This document shows positions 27,442 through 31,812 of a DNA stretch of 31,812 nucleotides, piece after piece. Both the position numbers and the translations under genes were made by a program. This DNA is from Armatimonadota bacterium (GTDB lineage: Bacteria > Armatimonadota > Zipacnadia > Zipacnadales > UBA5352): contig JAYENL010000182.1 of the NCBI GenBank assembly GCA_034722055.1, positions 1 to 31,812 of the forward strand. Reading direction: 5' to 3'. Positions within the stretch are counted from its first letter, which is position 1, and each line of letters begins with the position of its first letter. Under the pieces are notes generated by a model, which was given only the letters and a program-made list of their open reading frames with translations, did not search any database and was not told where the DNA came from.

Positions 27442-27533
27442 TGGAGGGGCCGCCGGGCGCGCAGCGCCCGGTGAGGGCCGTAAGCGCAGCGAACGGGCGG
27501 GACCGGAGGTCTCCTGAGGTTCCACCCCGGCCC
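27442..27533 (+). repeat. Branched REP-like element F (three arms)
   Basis: Fixed ends. Arms CCGGGCGC-GCA-GCGCCCGG, CCGT-AA-GC-GCA-GC-GA-ACGG and GACC-GGA-GGTC. Confidence 0.9.
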
Positions 27534-27551
27534 AACACCGTGAGGTGGTCA

Positions 27552-27605
27552 AGGGATCCAGTGGCGCTTCGCGCCACAAGCCGGCGAGGGCGCCGGCTTC
27601 CCAGG
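27552..27605 (-). repeat. Two-hairpin REP-like element, copy 2
   Basis: 53/54 identical to 11512-11565. Confidence 0.9.
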
Positions 27606-27665
27606 GCAGAGGGGAGTCGTTGCGCGCGCGGGCGGCACGCATTGGCAGCGAATCACGCGAAAGGG

Positions 27666-27695
27666 TTGGTCCCGGCACGCGCGGTGGTGTACAAT
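27666..27695 (+). promoter_or_regulatory. Candidate sigma70-type promoter
   Basis: TTGGTC-N18-TACAAT about 70 bp upstream of ATG 27765. TACAAT is uncommon in DNA this GC-rich. Confidence 0.45.
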
Positions 27696-27764
27696 GTCAG
27701 CAGTGGCGCCGGTGGCGGTTGGTGTGCCGGCGCAGAAGCCTGTCGCAGCCGAGGGGGGTCGCAG

Positions 27765-28253
27765 ATGTTCCCCACACGCCGTGCCGGGGCCGCCGCAGCG
27801 ACCGTCATCGTCATCGTGCTGATCCTCGCCGCCGCCGGTGCTGCCGCCTGGTACTTCCTGCTGCGCTCCACCCCCGACAAGACCGTGGCCCGACTGCTCC
27901 AGGCGCAGCGCGATGGCGACGAGGAGACCTTCGAGAGCCTGCTGACCGAGGACTCCCGGGGGCGGGCGAACCTCCTGAGGACGGTGACGTCGCACCTGGT
28001 CAAAGCCGGGGATGAGCCGCAGTACACCATCGGCGAGGCGGAGGTGGAGGGCGAGTCCGCCACGGTGCCGGTCACCTTCCCCCTCCCCGAGCAGATGGCC
28101 GATGTCATCGGGGTCACGGAGATAGGCGCCAGCTACGTGCTCGAGAGGGAGGAGGGCCTGTGGCGTGTCGCGGCGGGACGGACGCTTACACAGATGGGCA
28201 GGGACCTGATGAATGTGGCACGAGAAGTGATGAGAGGGGGCCAGTCAGAATGA
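27765..28253 (+). CDS. Small membrane-anchored protein (NTF2/DUF4878-like)
   Basis: GAGGGGG RBS. N-terminal TM, TPDKTVARLL...GDEETFESLL, AEVEGESATVPV and LEREEGLWRV. Confidence 0.75.
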   Translation: MFPTRRAGAAAATVIVIVLILAAAGAAAWYFLLRSTPDKTVARLLQAQRDGDEETFESLLTEDSRGRANLLRTVTSHLVKAGDEPQYTIGEAEVEGESATVPVTFPLPEQMADVIGVTEIGASYVLEREEGLWRVAAGRTLTQMGRDLMNVAREVMRGGQSE

Positions 28254-30055
28254 CCGAAGAGCGAGACGAGCAGATGCAGGACACCGAAGACTCACAGCGT
28301 CAAGCCGAGGAGGCCCAGGAGTCACGGCAGGCCGAAGCGCGGCCGGCGCCGACCAGGCGGAGGCGCTCGCCGCTGCGGATCATCATCCCGGTGATCGTGC
28401 TGGTGGCCATCGCCGCCATCGGCGGCTACTGGTGGCTGTTCCTCCGCAGGCCGCCGGCGGAGGAACTGCTGCGAGAGACTGTCGCGCGGTACTCAGAGGC
28501 CGACCATGTACGCGCCGAGAGCACGATGTCCATGGACATGAACATGGATGGGCAGGAGACATCGGTGCGCGTCCCGATGACCATGGCGTTCAGCCGCCCG
28601 AATCGCATGGTGTACGAGGTCGGCGAGGGGATGTCGCACACGAAGATGGTCAGTGACGGCGAGCACATGTTCATCGAGATCGGGATGCTCGCGGGAGCGG
28701 TCGCCAAGTTGCCGGCGCCCGAGAACCTGGCCGACTTCGCTCTCGAGGAGTGGGGAGGCGCATCTTCTCTGGGGGCCGGTATGGGCATGAGCGCCATCAA
28801 GCTACCCGACACCAAGTCCATGGTCACGGGCGAGTTCGACCCTGAGAAGATGCAGAGGGTCGAGTACGGCATCGATCCTGAGAATGAGTGGGTGCAGTCG
28901 CTGGAGAAGCCGGGTGGAGCCTGGCCCCTGACGGTGGCTCCATCGGAGGCCTTTGAGGTCGCGATGTGGATTGACCGCTCTCGGCGCGTCGTGCGCAAGT
29001 TGGCCGTTGCAGTTGATTACGGGGCTCTGATGGCGGCTGAAGAGGAGCTCCGGCAGCAGATGGATCGAGTCCCGGAGTTCATGCGGAGCATGCTTGAGAA
29101 CATGACGGTGAATATCGAGGTGGATGTGGAGAGCATTGCGGTCAACGAGCCAGCGCCCGAGGGAATTTTCCAGTACCAGCCGCCCGAAGGCGCGAAGGTC
29201 ATCGAGGCCGACAGTATGAGAGACGCCATGCAGAAGCTGATGGAGCAGTCCATGGGCGATATGGAGATTCCCGACATGCCGGAGGAGAAGGACCTGGCGG
29301 CCCAACCTCCTGCGGACTTCACGGCCCGGGATATGCAGGGCAACGACGTGCGCCTGAGCAACTTCAAGGGCAGCCCCCTGATCCTGGACATCTGGGCCAC
29401 ATGGTGTGCCCCGTGCGTCGAGGAGTTTCCGATCCTCGATGAGATCTACAACGAGTACAACGCGCAGGGCCTCAAGATGGTGGCGGCGTCTACGGATGGA
29501 GACATCGAGGCCGCGCTGGAGGGCGAGGGGTGGTGGCTGGGGGAGTATCGCATTGGCTTCATCCCGCAGACGAACCCGGACGGCATCCTCCTCGGTCACT
29601 GCAACACCAATGCCCGCGAGGAGCTGGCGGCGTTCGGGTTCGATGGCGCCATCGCCGGTCGGCCCTGCCCCCAGGAGGTGGAGGTGCTATGGAACTACCT
29701 TTCCTCGCGCCGGCCGGTGGTCTATGTGGACTTCCACTTCCTGCGGCTGCCGAACCACCCCTACACGAAGCCCTACTACATCGACCCGGCGATCTATGAT
29801 GACCCGGCCGTTGCGGAGGCGGCGGTGGCGCTGAAGGACCGCTACATGGAGATCTCGGGCGCCGAGCGACCCTTCGAGGTTGCGCTGGACAACGAGATGT
29901 GGCAGGGGCTGGCGGCCTATCAGGCCGCCGCGGAGCTTGACGCGGTGGCCTTCACCTACCAGTACACCGGCCCCACGACGTCGCATCTGAAGGCCCAGCG
30001 GACCGGCCCGGCGGTGATGATGGCGGCGCTGGAGGTCTGCCGGGAGCTGGCCTGA
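28250..30055 (+). CDS. Membrane-anchored LolA/DUF2092-like domain plus truncated TlpA redoxin, fused to the C-terminal half of an M14 peptidase-like protein (chimera)
   Basis: ATGA overlap with the upstream gene. FSRPNR/VSDG/MWID/FQYQPPEGAK (LolA-like), then DIWATWCAPC, then IPQTNPDG...VDFH. Confidence 0.75.
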   Translation: MTEERDEQMQDTEDSQRQAEEAQESRQAEARPAPTRRRRSPLRIIIPVIVLVAIAAIGGYWWLFLRRPPAEELLRETVARYSEADHVRAESTMSMDMNMDGQETSVRVPMTMAFSRPNRMVYEVGEGMSHTKMVSDGEHMFIEIGMLAGAVAKLPAPENLADFALEEWGGASSLGAGMGMSAIKLPDTKSMVTGEFDPEKMQRVEYGIDPENEWVQSLEKPGGAWPLTVAPSEAFEVAMWIDRSRRVVRKLAVAVDYGALMAAEEELRQQMDRVPEFMRSMLENMTVNIEVDVESIAVNEPAPEGIFQYQPPEGAKVIEADSMRDAMQKLMEQSMGDMEIPDMPEEKDLAAQPPADFTARDMQGNDVRLSNFKGSPLILDIWATWCAPCVEEFPILDEIYNEYNAQGLKMVAASTDGDIEAALEGEGWWLGEYRIGFIPQTNPDGILLGHCNTNAREELAAFGFDGAIAGRPCPQEVEVLWNYLSSRRPVVYVDFHFLRLPNHPYTKPYYIDPAIYDDPAVAEAAVALKDRYMEISGAERPFEVALDNEMWQGLAAYQAAAELDAVAFTYQYTGPTTSHLKAQRTGPAVMMAALEVCRELA

Positions 30056-30171
30056 GCGCGCTGTGCACTGATCTTTCGCGCCCCCAGGACGTCGAAGGCC
30101 CCGTTCAGGTGCGTCCTCAGATCCTCGGTTGCAGGCGGAGGCGGCGGCGTCTTCAGATTCGCCGGCCGTTT

Positions 30172-30307
30172 GTCGGGCTGGAAGCCCGACCTACGCGGTG
30201 GAGAAGCGGCGCGACCGGCGCTTGCCGTGCCGTTCGGAGGGGCCGGTCTCCGTCCCGGCCCGGTCGTTCGTCGTTCCGTTCGGAGGGGCACGACTACGCT
30301 CGCGCCC
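30172..30307. repeat. REP-like cluster
   Basis: GTAG-GTCGGGCT-TCC-AGCCCGAC (30172-30194 -), CGGAG-GGGCCGG-N8-CCGGCCC (30235-30261) and CGGAG-GGGCACGA-N6-TCGCGCCC (30281-30307). Confidence 0.8.
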
Positions 30308-30429
30308 GTGAGATCACCAATGCCGCGGACGGGCGTGATCGACCGGCCCGCAGGCAGGAACCTGAAGGCAAGCGAGGAAACAGCCTCCCGACGCACTGCA
30401 TCCCGTTCAGTGGTGAGGGAGGCTGTATC

Positions 30430-31671
30430 GTGCCTACGCTGGCGATAAACGGTGGTCCCAAGGCAATCGACCGGCAGCTCGGCAAGGAGTGGCCCATCTT
30501 CGGCGATGTGGAGCGCGAGAATCTACTGGAGGTGCTGGAGTCCGGACGCTGGTGGCGCGGAGGCGGTGACGCAGAGACCTCGAAGGTGGCGCAGTTCGAG
30601 GAGGCCTTCGCGACGTTCCAGGACGCCGACTACGGCGTGGCGCTGACCAATGGAACGCAGGCCATTGAGTGCGCGCTGAAGGCCATCGGCATTGAGCCTG
30701 GCGACGAGGTGATCGTGCCCGCTGCCACCTTCGTGGCCAGCGCCACGGCCTGCATTCTCGTCAACGCCGTCCCCATCGTCGTGGACATCGACCCGGGTAA
30801 CTACCAGATCGACCCCCATGCGGTGGAGGCCGCCATCGGCGAGCGCACCGTGGGGATCATCCCCGTGCACTACGGTGGCTACCCCTGCGACATGGCCCGG
30901 ATCCAGGAGATCGCGGACCGGCACGGGCTGTGGGTCATCGAGGACGCCGCGCACGCCCACGGATCGCTGTGGAACGACCAGGGCTGCGGCTCCATCGGCG
31001 ACATGGGCTGCTTCTCACTGCAGATGGGCAAGACCCTCACGGCCGGGGAGGGCGGCATCTGCATCACCAATGACGAGGACCTGGCGAAGATGCTGTTCAG
31101 CTACCACCACATCGGGCGCTTCGAGGGCCGGCCATTCTACGAGCATCACATCGTGGCCAGCAACCTGCGGATGACCGAGTGGCAGGCGGCGGTGCTGCTG
31201 GGCGGGCTCAGCCGGCTGGAGGAGCAGGCCAACATCCGCGACGAGAATGCCAAGTACCTGGAGGCGGGCCTCCGGGAGATCGAGGGGGTCTCCCCCATCG
31301 AGCGCGACGAGTGGGTGACGCGGTGGAACTTCTACTTCTACCACTTCAAGTTCCACTCCGAGCAGTTCGGCGGCATCACCAAGGACCGGTTCCTGGAGGC
31401 CCTGCAGGCTGAGGGGCTGCCGGCGGGCAGCGGCCACCTGCATCCCATCCAGAAGAACCCGCTGTTCACGGAGCGCAACTGGGGCCCGGCCTGCTTCGGC
31501 GACAACGAGCCGCCGGACTACTCCACGATGGAGACGCCCGAGTGCCAGCGCATCCTGGACACCGAGGGCATCGTGCTCACTCACCGGCTGTTCCTCGGCG
31601 ACACCAGCGACATGGACCTGATGCTGGAGGCCATCCAGAAGCTGCGCGACAACGTGGACGAGCTGCAGTAG
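30430..31671 (+). CDS. DegT/DnrJ/EryC1/StrS PLP aminotransferase (RifK/aminocyclitol-type)
   Basis: GGGAGG-GTG. LAINGG, NGT, PGDEVIVP, IEDAAHAHG, SLQMGKTLTAGEGG (PLP Lys) and NLRMTEWQAA. Confidence 0.93.
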   Translation: MPTLAINGGPKAIDRQLGKEWPIFGDVERENLLEVLESGRWWRGGGDAETSKVAQFEEAFATFQDADYGVALTNGTQAIECALKAIGIEPGDEVIVPAATFVASATACILVNAVPIVVDIDPGNYQIDPHAVEAAIGERTVGIIPVHYGGYPCDMARIQEIADRHGLWVIEDAAHAHGSLWNDQGCGSIGDMGCFSLQMGKTLTAGEGGICITNDEDLAKMLFSYHHIGRFEGRPFYEHHIVASNLRMTEWQAAVLLGGLSRLEEQANIRDENAKYLEAGLREIEGVSPIERDEWVTRWNFYFYHFKFHSEQFGGITKDRFLEALQAEGLPAGSGHLHPIQKNPLFTERNWGPACFGDNEPPDYSTMETPECQRILDTEGIVLTHRLFLGDTSDMDLMLEAIQKLRDNVDELQ

Positions 31672-31686
31672 GTGGGCGCTGCCGAG

Positions 31687-31803
31687 GCCGTTGCCCAGTC
31701 GTCTGGAGGGGCTGGTCTCTGTCCCAGCCCGCCCCTCGTGGCAGCCACCAGCAATCAGTCATCAGCAATCAGCGACGGCCAACGCCGTTGCCCAGTCGTC
31801 TGG
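31687..31803 (+). repeat. REP-like element, 20-bp direct repeat and heptamer tract
   Basis: GCCGTTGCCCAGTCGTCTGG at 31687 and 31784. TGGAG-GGGCTGG-N8-CCAGCCC at 31704-31730. Five CAGYVAY heptamers at 31742-31776. Confidence 0.75.
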
Positions 31804-31812
31804 CGGGACTAC

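Noticed and set aside
30060..30135. Coding-like minus-strand stretch EDLRTHLNGAFDVLGARKI
   Set aside because: Could be a fourth remnant, but it is too short and has no start, nearby stop or recognisable homology.
30310..30420. Possible riboswitch upstream of the aminotransferase
   Set aside because: No match to the glycine, c-di-GMP, SAM, TPP, cobalamin or glmS cores that I can recognise. An Rfam cmscan would settle it.
1..31812. Autonomous mobile element, prophage or defence system
   Set aside because: No transposase (including HUH/RAYT), integrase, reverse transcriptase, nuclease or phage gene is recognisable.

Overview
High-GC bacterial window. The mix of BNR/sialidase-like proteins, a sulfatase, GH20, Gfo/Idh/MocA, amidohydrolases and a DegT aminotransferase suggests a glycan-scavenging lineage such as Armatimonadota (inference only). 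It holds about 22 protein genes and no tRNA, rRNA, CRISPR array or transposase. The strongest unexplained signal is intergenic. Most of the larger gaps are filled with REP-like palindromes carrying a GGAG/GTAG/GTGG foot. One family of six copies has fixed ends (TGGAGGGGCCG ... GGTTCCACCCCGGCCC) but interchangeable internal hairpin arms. These arms differ in sequence yet keep their pairing, and mostly use GNA triloops and tandem G-A mismatches, which are motifs of stable single-stranded DNA folds on one strand. The window also shows three probable deletion scars: an RBS+ATG joined out of frame to a gene tail (~2.7 kb), an orphan gene tail (~8.0 kb) and an in-frame LolA-like/TlpA::M14-peptidase chimera (~29.5 kb). 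It further contains an intact/degenerate amidohydrolase pair and a His-rich PPGH-repeat secreted miniprotein.
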